From the human T2T-CHM13v2.0 reference genome, Homo sapiens, in assembly GCF_009914755.1 (NCBI RefSeq), contig NC_060931.1: a DNA stretch of 64,000 nt; one strand, written 5' to 3'. How positions within the stretch are numbered: the first letter of the stretch is position 1; every line of letters begins with the position of its first letter. The position numbers and the translations under genes were made by a program. The notes below the pieces were generated by a model. The model was not told where the DNA came from and searched no databases. It saw only the letters and a list, made by a program, of their open reading frames with translations. This document shows, piece after piece, positions 1 through 15,615 of this stretch.

Positions 1-1029
1 TGTGCACATCATTTCTTAATCAAAATCACTGGGATAGTGCTGCGGTTCACTAGCCTTAGGAGCTGCTATTTGCCTTGAATAAATTACATGAAAACATGTT
101 GATTGATAGATGTTGCATGTCAGAAAAGAAGATAACTGTATCTTCTTCAGCTTACTAAAAGGTCATGCACACAGAGTGATAGGAACAGCCACAGACAACT
201 TTGAGATAAAGTGTATCATGAAAAGGTGTGCAACCTTGAAGCTGTGAAACATGGACTTGAAAGACATTTTCTTTTCAAATAGAAAGAAAATATATCCAGT
301 TACATTTAAGTGTTAAAGTAAAAATAAAATATACTTTATCTTAACTATATTTTCCAATATTTTAGTAATACACAATCTCTGCTTTTCTCATGTGATTAAA
401 ACGGTGAAATTCATAATTATTTTTAAATTGATCTTTTAACTTAAAATCTTGTAAGGATATGGAAAAATTTGAGAAAATACTTTAATTTTATAATACACAT
501 TTATATAACAGTCTTAGGGAAATGAAAGAAATCTACATGTAGATAAATGTTTAATATTAATAAACTGGAAACAAGCTTTGGTAGCCTTTTCTTATTTTAA
601 CTTAAATCTCCAACATATCTAATTGTGTCTAGAAATAATCTGTGAATTGAGGCTTATATTTTGTTTTCTGTTTCATTTTTCAGGCCATCGGCATATTTCT
701 AAAGTGTGGGGTTTAAAACTGCATTTACCTAAATGTTTATATTAAGACAAAACCAAAAGCACTTAAAATAAACCTCTGCATGTAAATATTGTAAATTTTT
801 TTGGTCATTCAGCATACTTAAGGCGTATCTGTGCTAATGTTAAGCCTTATATTAAAAAGGAAATTTTGTTCTTTTATGAATATTCCATATATATGCATTC
901 ATTAACCTAGCTAAGTTAAAAAAGAAACTGACAGTGTTTTGGAAGTATAGTTTTAAAAGTAGGATGGAATGTTTTTAGTTTCAGAAAAAACACTAGCCAT
1001 GTTCTTATCTATCCCAAATTACTTTGTTC

Positions 1030-1500
1030 TCCAACAGAGCTGCCAAACTGTCAAACTGTCCAGCTTCAGTATATAACAAAGATTCTGTTGTATTGTAAAG
1101 ATATTCATAACAATTTTTATGGAAGGCTGAAAGTGTATAAGTTCACAGTTGTAGCGATAACATGGCACTCTTCACTGTTTGGCTTGTTTATATTGGCACA
1201 GATCCCCAAAGTGGAGACTGACAGAGTCATGCAGAAATCTGGTATTTGAGTTGAAATTTACACACTTTAAGTGATGAACTAAACAGGCTGGTGTTTTCTT
1301 TTTCTTACTCAAAAAGTGCAAGGTTACACAATACAGACGGTTTTCATCTTTTCCCATAAATGCACAGATTCCTGGGATATAAATGACTGAATTCATCACC
1401 AATTCATCAGGGACGCTGAGCTATGCAGTTCTGTTTACAGTGGCAGAAAGTTAATATAAATTTTCATCAGAAGGGGAAGTTTACACATATGATTCTATTT
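1030..1500. promoter_or_regulatory. Candidate conserved intronic enhancer (PBX-HOX/MEIS/FOX motifs)
   Basis: Unique non-repeat sequence with two ATTCATCA (TGATGAAT on - strand) at 1391 and 1402, TGACAG/CTGTCA at 1048 and 1219, and TGTTTAC at 1432. Conservation not verifiable here. Confidence 0.45.
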
Positions 1501-3297
1501 GTCCTTCATTATTAGCACCTGAGTCTAGGCTAGAACGCATAATTGTCTACAGGCACAGGCCAAATAGATGCAAGGGAAAGGCAAATAAGCACACCAAAAA
1601 TAATTTTATGGTTGTCTGTTACAATTCTCTCACTGGGATTCTTAATCTAGAAAATCAATAAACAACAGGAGTGAAACTCTTTTCCTCTGCTCAGGCATGG
1701 CACAGCCGAAAGTAGCACACAGAAAAACCATTGTGCTTCTTTTTGTTTTAGTTTATTCTTTCTGTGAAGTTTATTGGATCCCCTTTCTCCTCAAGCAAAA
1801 TATATCCTGAGTCAGTCTGCTATTTTTTATACATTTTTCAATCATTTTTTTGGTTCAAGTGACAGCAAATTTGACCTGACAAAATAGTACCTTCTTTTAA
1901 TTTTTGAAAATAAGTTAACTTAGGAATATATATTTATCATAAAGATTTTAAAATTTTTTTATTGTATTACCATCTGAACATTTGTGGAAACTCAGACATT
2001 AGAGTAGACCAGTGCTATCTAAGGATGACAATGGCTAAACCACACTAATGGCAAAGCCAAGATCAATGATCCTGATTTTAGGGTAATGGGCATCTATTCT
2101 CTAATATATCTTGATATAAAAATATTAAAAGTAGCCTATTTTTGGATATCATGCTCTATCAACATCAAGGATACATTTATTATATCTAATTTTATATTTC
2201 ATTCTTGTTTTAATATAATTTATTTAGTTGGAATTATTATTTAATATAATTATTTAATATAATTTACTTTGTTGGAATTTTGTCTTTTAAGTTAAAATAA
2301 GCCAAATTAATCCACCTTTTACCTGCTGTTAAAAGTTGTTTACTTTTTCCCCCAATCTGGACCTCAATATGAACTTTCATATTATTTTATTCTTCTGATT
2401 GACTTTATTAATAAATAGCCTGTGCTCTTTTTGTCCCCACTGGTTCCTTAATACAATATTGCTGCTTCTCTGTTTAGTAGCCTAATTTTAATGTAGTTAA
2501 AATTATATCAAAATTTAATATAAATAAATTTTACTTTTATTGATTTGTAGATGAATAATAATGTTCATTAAAGAAAAGACCATATATTTCTAACAAGCAT
2601 TAAGAAAAATGTGGACTTAATACAACTTATGGAAGTTCAAATGCCAAATATGATGGCTAGGTAGTACATAAAAATAAAATATTGGAAAAATATTTTGAAA
2701 GCGATTGCACAGTTTTTGCAAATATATGTTTTGATAATTTTTCACACAGGTTAATTTAAAAGTAACAGAGTTAATTTTTACTGTAATCTATAAAAATCAA
2801 TTCCATTTCTATGTTTTTCTAATTTACTTGTCAAAATCTTACAGTCTGTACTCTGCATTAAATGTTATATTGATAATTTTAAGCAGTTATTCAGAATCTT
2901 TTATTACTTTTTTCTCTCCATTTGCCCTACTTACAATGAACATTTATACATTTCTTTCACTTAAATTTCTCAAGAGAGTGTTGAGCCATGATGATAGTAT
3001 CTGCCTTTCACCTGTACTTATGTAGATTATACTCCCAGCAACATTTGTATAGTAAGTACAATTCCATAATTTTACTGATATACCACATTTAGCTGATGTT
3101 ATTTCTGTTCCTTGGTGTCGACATTATAAATAGTTCCAGTATATTTTACTCATTTTTAAGTAAAATTTACTAAAGTTATATAAAGTGTTTATAATACATT
3201 TCATCTTTTATATTTACGGTTTACCTATTAAAATATTTGAGAAGAGGCTGTATCAATATTCACCCAAAAAAAGAAAAAGAGTCATGCAGAGAATGTC

Positions 3298-3422
3298 ATG
3301 TCAACATGATAAGCATCTGGATGAAAACTAAGCAAATTATGCACATAGACAGATGTTTTCTGTATAAAATATGTGGATAGATTTTTCAGGTTTCATCCAG
3401 ATGTTTGGAATCATGTGGACAT
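3298..3422. repeat. Degenerate inverted repeat (~50-bp arms), possible ancient MITE
   Basis: Perfect 13-bp core CATCTGGATGAAA (3314-3326) / TTTCATCCAGATG (3391-3403), with imperfect pairing extending both ways. Confidence 0.85.
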
Positions 3423-6400
3423 AATCATGACCTCTTTGTGACCCTTTCTTTTCCCTATCACATAGAGATTAAATGACTCAGTAAAAAGCATTGGTATTAG
3501 ATTTTAAAAATGCTCAGGATCTCACTCAGCCTTGACTTTAGTGCTTTTTCACTAGAACAACCTGAACTACTAAGTCTCCAGACACAATTAGTTTGACTGC
3601 TTTTAATTAAAAAATTACTGATTTGTTTTAACTATTAGTTGGTTACTTATCCATTCAAATCATGCATTTAGATTTTCGTATATGCATATCCTCAAACATA
3701 GTTCTGACTTCTCATTTCTCCATTTTCCTTTGTTGTCTCTGTTTCTTTTTTTGGAATAAAACCTCACTAATTTATATGATAAATCTCAGATTAATTAAAC
3801 AAGTTATTCATTAAATCAAGATTATAGGGGGAAGGATTTAAGGAATCAAATTGTTTTCAAACACTTGAACTAATGTAGGAGCACTCATTCTCATATAAAT
3901 AATGTGCTAATTACAAATTATTCTTTTCTGTTAATTAAGACAGGTCAGCAGGATTTCTACTTGGCAACACTTAGCTTAAGTGTTCAAGTTGCTATATGTA
4001 CTTGAAATTAATGAAATTGAATTACCTTTAAAATGTCAGGCTTTTCATTATTTTCTGTGATTATTTGCACTCATTCCTTTTAATTATTTTAATGCAGAGA
4101 GGTTTAATTTTATATGCATATTTATCTATCAATTTTATAAATTATTTCAGTAGTATTTAGAGATCAAATAATAGGTGAAGTTAGGATAATCACTCTCCAA
4201 AAAAAAAAAATCAACACAAAAGTTTTTGTGCTGTCTAATTGATTTCAGAACAAAACTAGAAAGCCCTTACCAACCTGTTACAACTTCTTTTGGGGGGGTC
4301 TTCATTTCTACCATTTTTAAAACCACGTCATAGATGGCAGGTAGATATTCTATTATGTGATCTATAGGGTTTTTGTGTGTTCAGAAGGAGTCTACAGTTA
4401 CACCTCTCTTTAATTGATAAAAATGCTGTTATGTAAAAGTCATGTATTTTATGTATAAGGGCGGGGGTAGTTGGGAACATAGTAGTAGACCTGCTGTATA
4501 TTTCTATGCTGGTTCCAAACTCCAGCAATCTCATTCTACTTACCTTTTTGTAGCGTACTGTTTCTTGAACATGTCTTTATATATACTGTTTGCCATTTTT
4601 AGCTCTTTGAAACACCTTAAAATGACCAACCTTTTTATCTTTTCTACTTCCACTCCCACATTAAAAAACAACAAAAAAAAGCTAATACCAGTCAGATCAG
4701 TACCTGCAAAAGTATGTAGCACTTGGCAGATGCTCAATAAATACTTGCTTAGTGAATGAACAAATATATTGACAAGAAAACAGTAATGATTATTGTTTAT
4801 TCATACTAAGGAGACATGAACAATGACACTGAGCAATTTACCAACTAATCAAGATCAGTTACTTATACATTGCTATATGAACTTTGGCAAGATTACGTGA
4901 ATCTGACCTAAGTTTTCTGCCTTTTTTGTTTGTTTGTCTTATTTCTACTTTGTCTTTATGTTAGCATAATTCTTGCAACTCCAAAATGTCTTCATATTTT
5001 TTCATAAAACTGAGGTCTTAATCATGGTACTCTTGTATCAATTATATAAGTATACTTTCATGGAAACTAAGACAGAAATCATATATTAGTACTACCAAAA
5101 TGTTAATACAGGAAAATTTAATCATGGATTATCAAATTGTATTAATCACTTTCATGTCACCTCTTTGAATAGTTATTTGATATTTATTTTCCCTTGAGAT
5201 ATATATATATACATATATATCTAATCAAAGTATGTTTTCCCATTTTTTATTTTTATAATTGCATGGAGTCAGATTTCTTGAAGATGTTTAAATGTCAGCA
5301 TCAAAGGTTATACCAAATATTTCACATTTATTGCAACCTAATTTAAATGTATATAATATTGTTTCAAATATTGTACAAATTCAAAGTTCACAAGGCTCCA
5401 GAACTGGCCTGATTTCATTGATTAAGTGCTCAGTGGTTGGCACTCACTAGGGCTTCCTCAGTGAGTGATGGAACATTGAATGTAAGAAAAGCTTTGAGGA
5501 GATATATAAGCTATAAGCTATATTTATTGTGGGCTAATGTATGTCTGCTTGTTGTAGGAGTAAATGTCTTCGTAGAATATTGAATTATTTTTCATATCAG
5601 GCCTTTAAAAGTAAAAAGAGCTGTTAAGGATAAAATATAAAATGTTTCCTAATGCTATATTTAACAATCTTTAATAACCACTCATCTCTAAAAATAAATA
5701 CTGTTGATGTTTAAAACCCAAAGAAACACTATCAGTTGGTGTCCTGGAAGTAATACATTCTTCTGAAATTAGATTCTTACCCCTACCCCCCACAAATAAA
5801 CCAAAAACAAACTTTCGTATCAATAACTAAGAAGCCGTGTATCTAATTAGACAAAATGGAAAATCTATCTATCCTACCTGATTTCTTTCTTGTCAGGAGT
5901 CTAAAATTCTCCATTGATTTCCTTAAAGCCATCTTAGCAAGTAGAAGTGAAGCTATTCTAAATAATGTTGCAATGACAACTACTTATTTATTCATAATTG
6001 TGATGATGTGTTTTCCAGGATGCAATTTCACTATTGTGTACATAGAGTGATGATACTTATTTTATTTGACCAAAAGTTGAAATTGAACTTGATCTTGGAT
6101 CTGTAAATATATTCCTTATCTCAAGGATAATGAGATGTTAAAAACTGAGAAATAAACAAATTAGGAAATTAATTTTTTCGCAAAAAAATGAAAAGTCTGG
6201 AAGTCATTGCTTGCTGGCATTGACTCAATGACTGAAGGATGTCACAGCTGAAGTTTTGGTAATAATATTGGCTTGTCCTTTATAGTCACAAGATAGTGGG
6301 GACTATGTCCCAATACATGCAGAAATAAGGGGAAGGCCACAGGGCTAAAGAATGCCTGCATAAGGAAAGCAAACTCCCCTGTTGACTTTTGCTGATGTGT

Positions 6401-6599
6401 CATCTATTAAAACTATGTTCCATAGATACCCCTAACTTTGAGGGAGAGAGAAATTAGTTTTTACCAGTACACATTATCTTCTCTAATATAGTCATGTTTG
6501 TTAGTAAGGAAGAAGGAGGCAGTATATATTGAGTATTCCCCTGGAAGACTCTGCCACAGAGATAGGCATAAGTTCATTTCACCTGAGAACAAATGATAA

Positions 6600-8700
6600 C
6601 ATTCAGCATTCATCCAAAAAGACATTAAGTGCTTGCTATATGTCAGAAACTGTCCTAGGTGATAGAAATGCAAAAATGAATAAATAGGACATATTTCTCA
6701 CCCTGAAAGCATACATACTTTTTAAAAAACATATTTTATTAAATAATTAAAGTATTAATTTAAATGTGATAGATAGTGGATTGGCTATGAAATAACAAGC
6801 ACAACTTTTTTCTGCTTGGAAAAAAGTCAGGAGACTACAGTGAAAGTGAAACTCAAGCTTAGTCCTGAAAGATGAGTAGGTTTGAGAAATACACAAAAGG
6901 AGAGGAAGAGTGGGAAGGAAAAAAGCTTTCCCTGGCAGAGGGATCATCCAGTCCAAAAGTGTAGAGTGATTCATTCATTTAGCAATTGTTTGTTAGCAGC
7001 TAGTTGTGAGGTAGAGTGAGCCAATAACTGGGGACACATGAATGAATAAAACTGAAATGATCTTTACCTTCTTAGAGCTTATGATCTAGTCCTACAAAAG
7101 CATGTGGTCTTAGTGCTTTGGCCTAGCTGGAGCACAGGATGCCTGTACAGAAGGAGAGCCCTTATAGAACCCAAGAAATCTCCTTAGGGATACCAATTAA
7201 GGAGAAGAGGAGCAGGAAACCTAAAGGGTGGAGCTTTAAGACCCCATCCTCACTTTTGACCTATTAAGTTTTAGAAAGGTGAGCCATTAAAGAGATTTTT
7301 AGCAGAGAATGATATAATCAAGTTTGAATTTTATAAGGTTAGAATAACAGCAGTAAAAAGGATTGATCTGGGCTAAACTTTAAGAATTAAAATTGGGTAT
7401 TCACTTAGTAGGTTACTCTGATAAGCCAACAAGAGATAAGACCTGAGGGATTGAGGCAGTAGTTACAGTAATGTAGAGTAATGAATATAGCAAATATTAA
7501 GGAAGCAGTATTGACAAGACATGGGGAAGGTTTGGATGGAGGCATGGCCAGGACAAATCAAGCATATCTCTAAAAGTTTTTAGGCTTCTATTATGAGGAA
7601 CATTATTAAAGAGATCTTAAAGAAGTAAAAGAGCAAGCTTTGTGTATTTGAGAGATTCTAGACAGAGGGAACAGTATGTGCAATGGTGTTAAGATGGAAG
7701 TGTGCTTTCTCTATTTGAGGTTTAGCAAGGATACCAGTGTGTCTGGAGCAGAGTGAGCAAAGGGCATGATAGTATGAAAGTCAGAGTCTTCAGGGTAGCA
7801 ACTGGACAGTTTATGTACAGATTATATTCTAAACAAGACAGGAAGTCCTTGGAGGCCTTAGAAAAGGAAATCAACATGATGTGGTTTAATGGTTTTTTTG
7901 TTTGTTTGTTTTTTGTTTTGTTTTGTTTTTTGAGACAGTTTCGCTCTTGTTGCCCAGGCTGGAGTGCAATAAGTTTTAAAAGGTTTATTTGGGTGGCTGC
8001 TCTGTGCAAAATATTTTGAAGGAAATGGAAAGAGGAAAATGGAAAAAAAGAGAAAGGTATTATGAAAGTCCAGAGAAGAAACGATAGGAGCTTGAACTAG
8101 GCTGGATGCAGTAGAAGTGGTATAAAGTTTTATAAATTCTGGGTACATTTTGAAGGTTTTGTTAATTTTTGATAGGTTGATGTGAGTATGTCGGAGATAA
8201 AGAGGAATCAAGGATGATCGCAACATTTGTGGTTAGTCCAAATTAGTGAATTGAAAAAGAGCAGAAGGGTACTTGTTTGTTTTGTTTTGTTTTCTTTGGT
8301 GGGGGGGGGGGCTTGTTAATAAGGAGTTCAGTTGATAAATTATTAAATTTCATAATTTTATTTGAGAAACAAATGGCATGATCAAGGCAAATGGACAAAT
8401 TCAGGGAGTTCATGGGAGACATGGGAACTGTAGATAAAAATCTATGAGTTGTCAGCATATAGATGCTATTCAAGATCATGAGTCTGAGTAAGACCACCTG
8501 GTGAATTAATGAAGAGTTGAGAGGGAAAGGGAAAAGAAGAAAAGGGGAAAAGAGAGAAAAAAAAAGGTGCTCACAAACACTTTGAGATCGGGAGAGGTAG
8601 AAAACATGGTCAGAAAGCTGAGAAATAGCAGCCAGTGTACACAGTGATAAGAAAAAGGAAATGTAGATGAGAACTGGGAAAAGACTGACATTAAATGATG
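6600..8700 (-). mobile_element. Degraded L2 LINE fragments (interrupted by a short Alu)
   Basis: cattcatc/ttcattcatt 3'-end motifs and L2-like blocks such as ...gagttgtcagcatatagatg...gatcatgagtctga. Boundaries approximate. Confidence 0.55.
7893..7970 (-). mobile_element. Severely 5'-truncated Alu (last ~40 nt plus tail; AluSp/Sq-like)
   Basis: T/TTTG tail, then tgagacagtttcgctcttgttgcccaggctggagtgcaat, then an abrupt return to L2 with a TTTT/AA site. Confidence 0.85.
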
Positions 8701-9274
8701 AGCAAAGAGAAGCTCACAATGCATTTTTGTCCAAACTACTTTCATGGCTTATTAGAAGTGAGATTCATGTTGCTATATCCTATTTTGAACTTTCACATTT
8801 AAAGTAAGTGTACAGAAGAGACCTCCTGAATGAGGTGAATCAAAATTTTCATCTCAGTGTAATTGAGCTGTCCTGATTGCTGGTACAGACAGAAGATTTT
8901 CATTTTCCATGACTGATATGCTATTCTCTCTTCATAGTTAAATTTTTGAAGGCCAGTATTTATTCCATTCAATTATCTCTTTATGGCCATGGCATTTATT
9001 TGGTGTTTAAGGCATGGTAGAACAAAGCAGAGGAAATGGGTTGGAAAAGGATGGCAAATAAAAATAGGATAAGAAGAAGAATACAAGAGTGGAGATGTAA
9101 TTCATACTTAACTGTTGCTTCTGTGAAAGGGCCCATTTTGCTTATTTGTAACTTACAAGGTTGATTTTATAATTTCAAACTTTTCCTTAAGATTTACCAT
9201 AGACAAATGTGGTAATCTTTTGAACCAAATGGATATAAAGATAGAATAAAGGGCACTTTAAAAAGTATGTCTTT

Positions 9275-9996
9275 TACCACAATGAGATACCATTTCATGC
9301 CAGTTAGAATGGCGATCATTAAAAAGTCAGGAAACAACAGATGCTGGAGAGGATGTGGAGAAATAGGAATGCTTTTACACTGTTGGTGGGAGTATAAATT
9401 ACTTCAACCATTGTGGAAGACAGTGTGGCGATTCCCCAAAGATCTAGAAACAGAAATACCATCTGACCCAGCAATCCCATTACTGGGTATATACCCAAAG
9501 GATTATAAACATTCTACTATAAAGACACATGCACACGTATGTTTATTGTAGCACTGTTCACAATAGCAAAGACTTGGAACCAACCCAAATGCCCATCAAT
9601 GATAGACTGAATAAACAAAATGTGGCATATACACACCATGGAATACTATGCAGCCATGAAAAAGGATGCATTCATGTTCTTTGCAGGGACATGGATGAAG
9701 CTGGAAACCATCATTCTCAGCAAACTAACACAAGAACAGAAAATCAAGCACTGCATGTTCTCACTCATAAGTGGGAGTTGAACAGTGAGAACACATGGAC
9801 ACAGGGAGGGGAACATCACCCACCAGGGCCTGTCAGGGGGTGGGGGGCTAGGGGAGGGATAGCATTAGGAGAAATACCTAATGTAGATGACTGGTTGATG
9901 GGTGTAGCAAACCACCATGGCACATGTATACCTATGGAACAAGCCTGCACGTTCTGTACATGTATCCCAGAACTTAAAGTATAATAATTAAAAAAC
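9275..9996 (+). mobile_element. 5'-truncated L1PA (L1PA7/8-like): ORF2 C-terminus, 3'UTR and tail
   Basis: Frameshifted ORF2p peptide (...[19 protein letters not shown]...), G-rich 3'UTR and A-tail. Partial TSD AAAAAGTAT at 9260-9268 and 9997-10005, preceded by TT (TT/AAAA site). Confidence 0.93.
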
Positions 9997-11432
9997 AAAA
10001 AGTATCTACTGACATTTCTCGATATCTCTTGATACAAACTGGTTGTGTGCTGCTGCAATGAAAAAAGAAAGGAATCAAAAAAAGACTCTTGCAAAGGAAA
10101 GCTTTTGCATCAGTGAGTGTGAGCATTGGGGGAAGGAATAATTTCACTGGAGAGCCAAAGACTAGCCAGATTTTTAGAGGAGAATTAATCAGACAACTTG
10201 CCTTAGGACATGTTTTGGAGTAGAGGATAAGTTAAATTTTAGGGAGGAGGTAATGGCTAGACAGTTATACTACAAAATACAAATTTGTTCTTATTAATGG
10301 TACTTTAAATTTATAATTCATTAATAACTTTAATGAAGGATATTCATTATCCTTGATATTGTGAAGGATATTGTGGTATTTCCAACCAACTTTTGCTTTC
10401 ATTATTTTTCTCTTGAAAGCTAACATATTCTTTTCTATAAATTTGAGGTTATGTTTAATTGCTAAAATTGTATTCTGCATAATCATTTACTTTGTCCATG
10501 TTTTAATGTTTTATAATTATTATTGTAATTAATTTTCAGTAATATGGCTTAAAATACTAGTTTCTATCCAAAAAATCTTTTAAAACACCAAGTAAATGAA
10601 TAGAATAAATTGCAATTTAAATAATCATACTATATGTCATTATTATTCATTTATCAGCTGGAAATGATTATATTATTATAACTTAAGAGTTTGATTTTGT
10701 TTTTGTATAATTTGGATATTCTTTTTTGTTAATATAGTTAGTTATTGGCTTTATATTTGTGAAAAGTCATGTTCTAGCGCCTTGCAACAGCCTTTTCCAA
10801 TTTATGTTATTGCAAGACCTTCTCAAAGTGAACAGAAAGGCAGAGCTTTTGATAAGAGAGAAGCATGTTTATAAATATTTTCATTAAGATTCACTAACAG
10901 GCAGTCCCTCATTTCTTAATAGGCATTATTACATACAATCATTTCTATGCCCATTGATAAGAAATTTGTGTTATCATAGAAACAGTGTTGTGTATGATCC
11001 CATACGAATTCTCAAAAGCTTATTTATAACCATAACATGACTTAAGTAATACTAACAGAGTAATGTCTGGATCCTTTGTGTCTGAGTCTAGATCTCAGAG
11101 GCCTAGAACAGAGTGGGATGGAAGTGGCTCCATGTAACAGTTCTCATGGAAGCACATGGAGCAGTTTCTCACAGCATGAATGAGAGGAGCAGGCCAAAGG
11201 TTTGCTCAGTGATTTCTGATAGGGTTCTGTAGGGAGGACAGAGTGAATAAGGAATATTGTCTTTAAGAAGGGATGTCATCTTTTGGGAACTGAATGGAGA
11301 ATAGGATAATCTCAATTTTTTAAGCCATAATTTTGTTTTTATGCATACACTTTAAAAATTAGTAGTATAGTGAGGAAAATGAAAGAAAATATTGGGATTC
11401 TTGGGGTCAAATTAATTCTATTTTAAAAACTA

Positions 11433-11740
<308 letters not shown>

Positions 11741-12034
11741 CACTATTACCTTGGTTAAATTACTCAACCTCTCTAGGACTACTTTCATAATACAGTTTGA
11801 GGAGATTTAATGAAATATTCTCCAGAGTGCTTTTTTAGCTGTAAAATGTTATATTCTGTAATTGTAGTTTCAGTAATTAATACAATATAGTGGAAACAGA
11901 ACCAACAAATGGTCAGGGGACATCTTTCTTTCCATGCTTTGTGTAATGCATTGGGATATCATTATGATTAATAACTAGTAATACAGATGACTATAATTAG
12001 TAAGGGTATCAAAATTTACCTAGTAAAGAAGTAG

Positions 12035-12211
12035 TTACCAGTTTTGACTTATAATTAGAATCATTTGGAAAGCTTTTTAAAAAAATAGATATTCTTAGAC
12101 CCCACCTCAAGCCTAATTAAATCAGAATCTTAAGGAGTTGAGCCTAAGATTCTGTCTTTATAACATAGCCTTCTGTGGGATTCTGATGATGCTCTGGGTA
12201 AAGAACCATTG
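12035..12211. mobile_element. MER5-like hAT-Charlie MITE
   Basis: ttagaatcatttggaaagctttttaaaa...aaatcagaatct...gattctgatg...aagaaccattg pattern. Confidence 0.6.
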
Positions 12212-12717
12212 TAGTAGATGTCCTCAGTGAACTGAAATGAAAATTTAGCACAATTTGATATTTTCATAAAAAGTTTTATGTAGAAGAGCCCTAGCAATTG
12301 GTTTGTTTTCAGTATTTTTCATGTTCTTTCTGAAGTCCTATTTAAACATAAATCTGCAGAGTAAACTATTTGTTCTTAAAGGTAAATTTCAGCTAAAAAG
12401 TCCTAATTTTTAGAATCTTGCATAATATAATTTTCTAATTTAAGTGTTCTCTATATTTAGTGTTAAATTATGCTTTTTTATATATCACAAACAAAAGGCA
12501 TACAGGAAATGGCAAACTGTTGCCTATTTTAAAGCAAAATAGGGTCCAAACTGCTAAGACGTATTTCAAATGTGTGAAAATATTTATGACATTGTGGCCA
12601 TACCCCAGTACAAATTTTATCACTAACATTTTTTAAATTGATAAGTTAACATTGTACATATGTGTATATCTATATATCACTAACATTTTTAAAATTGATC
12701 TTAACATTGTATCTTAT

Positions 12718-12739
12718 ACACACACACACACACACACAC
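12718..12739. repeat. (CA)n microsatellite
   Basis: About 11 CA units. Confidence 0.9.
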
Positions 12740-13292
12740 GCCATAAATATATACAATACTATGCTGTATGTATACAAAGTTATATTGTATATATACATGC
12801 TGTTTTCATATAGGTATGCATTGCAGAATGACTAAATTGAATTAATATGTATTTTACCTCACATACTTATCATTTTGTTATGATGAGAATATGTTAAAAA
12901 TCTACTTCCTTAGCTATTGTCTATTATACTATACTTTGTCATTAACTATCATCACTATGATGTACAACAGATATCTTAAATTTATTCCTCCTGTCTAACT
13001 GAAATTTTATGTCCTTTGACCAACATCTCCCCAATCCCTTATCCCCCTAGCCTCTGGTAACCACCATATTACTCTATTTATATTAGTTCAACGTTTTTAG
13101 GTTTCACATACAAGTAACATCATGGAATATTTGTCTTTCTATTCCTGGTTTATTTTACTTAACATAATGTCCTCTAGCTTCATCCATGTTGTCACAAATG
13201 ACACAATTTTCTTTTTTTTTAGAGCTGAATAGTTTGATTCCATATCTTAGCTATTGTAAATAATGCTGCAATAGGAGCTCACATATTTCTTT

Positions 13293-15095
<1,803 letters not shown>

Positions 15096-15295
15096 AGCTC
15101 ATATATTTCTTTGACATACTAATTTCATTCCATTTGAATATACACCTAATAGTGGGATTGCTGCATCATATGATAGTTGTATTTTTAATTTTTTGAGAAA
15201 CTTCCATACTGTTTTCCATAATAGCTGTGCCAATTTATATTCCCACCAAGAGCGTACAAAGGTTTCACATCCTAACCAATACTTGGTAATTTTTT

Positions 15296-15615
15296 TGTTC
15301 TTTGTTTTTTGTTTTTTGTTTTTTGTTTTTTTTTTGAGACAGAGTCTCACACTGTTGCCAAGGCTGGAATGCAGTGGCGCAATCTCTGCTCACTGCAACC
15401 TCTGCCTCCCAGGTTCAAGCAATTCTCTTGCCTCTGCCTCCTGAGTAGTTGGGACTACAGGCACATGCCACCATGGCCAGCTAATTTTTGTATTTTTAGT
15501 AGAGATGGGGTTTCACCATGTTGCCCAGAATGGTCTCGATCTCCTGACCTCATGATCCACCTGCCTCAGCCTCCAAAAGTGCTGGGATTACAGGTGTGAG
15601 CCACTGTGCCTGACC
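15296..15615 (-). mobile_element. Alu (AluS) inside L1MA
   Basis: Full dimer on -; (TTTTTTG)n tail; approximate TSD tttgt(t)cttt. Confidence 0.95.

Noticed and set aside
1999-2104. Weak inverted repeat ttagagtaga...tctattctctaa
   Set aside because: Too gapped to separate from chance by eye.
2209-2279. Short AT-rich tandem duplication (similar ones near 41930, 43706 and 63575)
   Set aside because: Ordinary slippage products; no repeat-spacer array structure.
9267-10094. ORFs of 94, 151 and 92 aa
   Set aside because: Frameshifted ORF2 and alternative frames of the L1 3' end.
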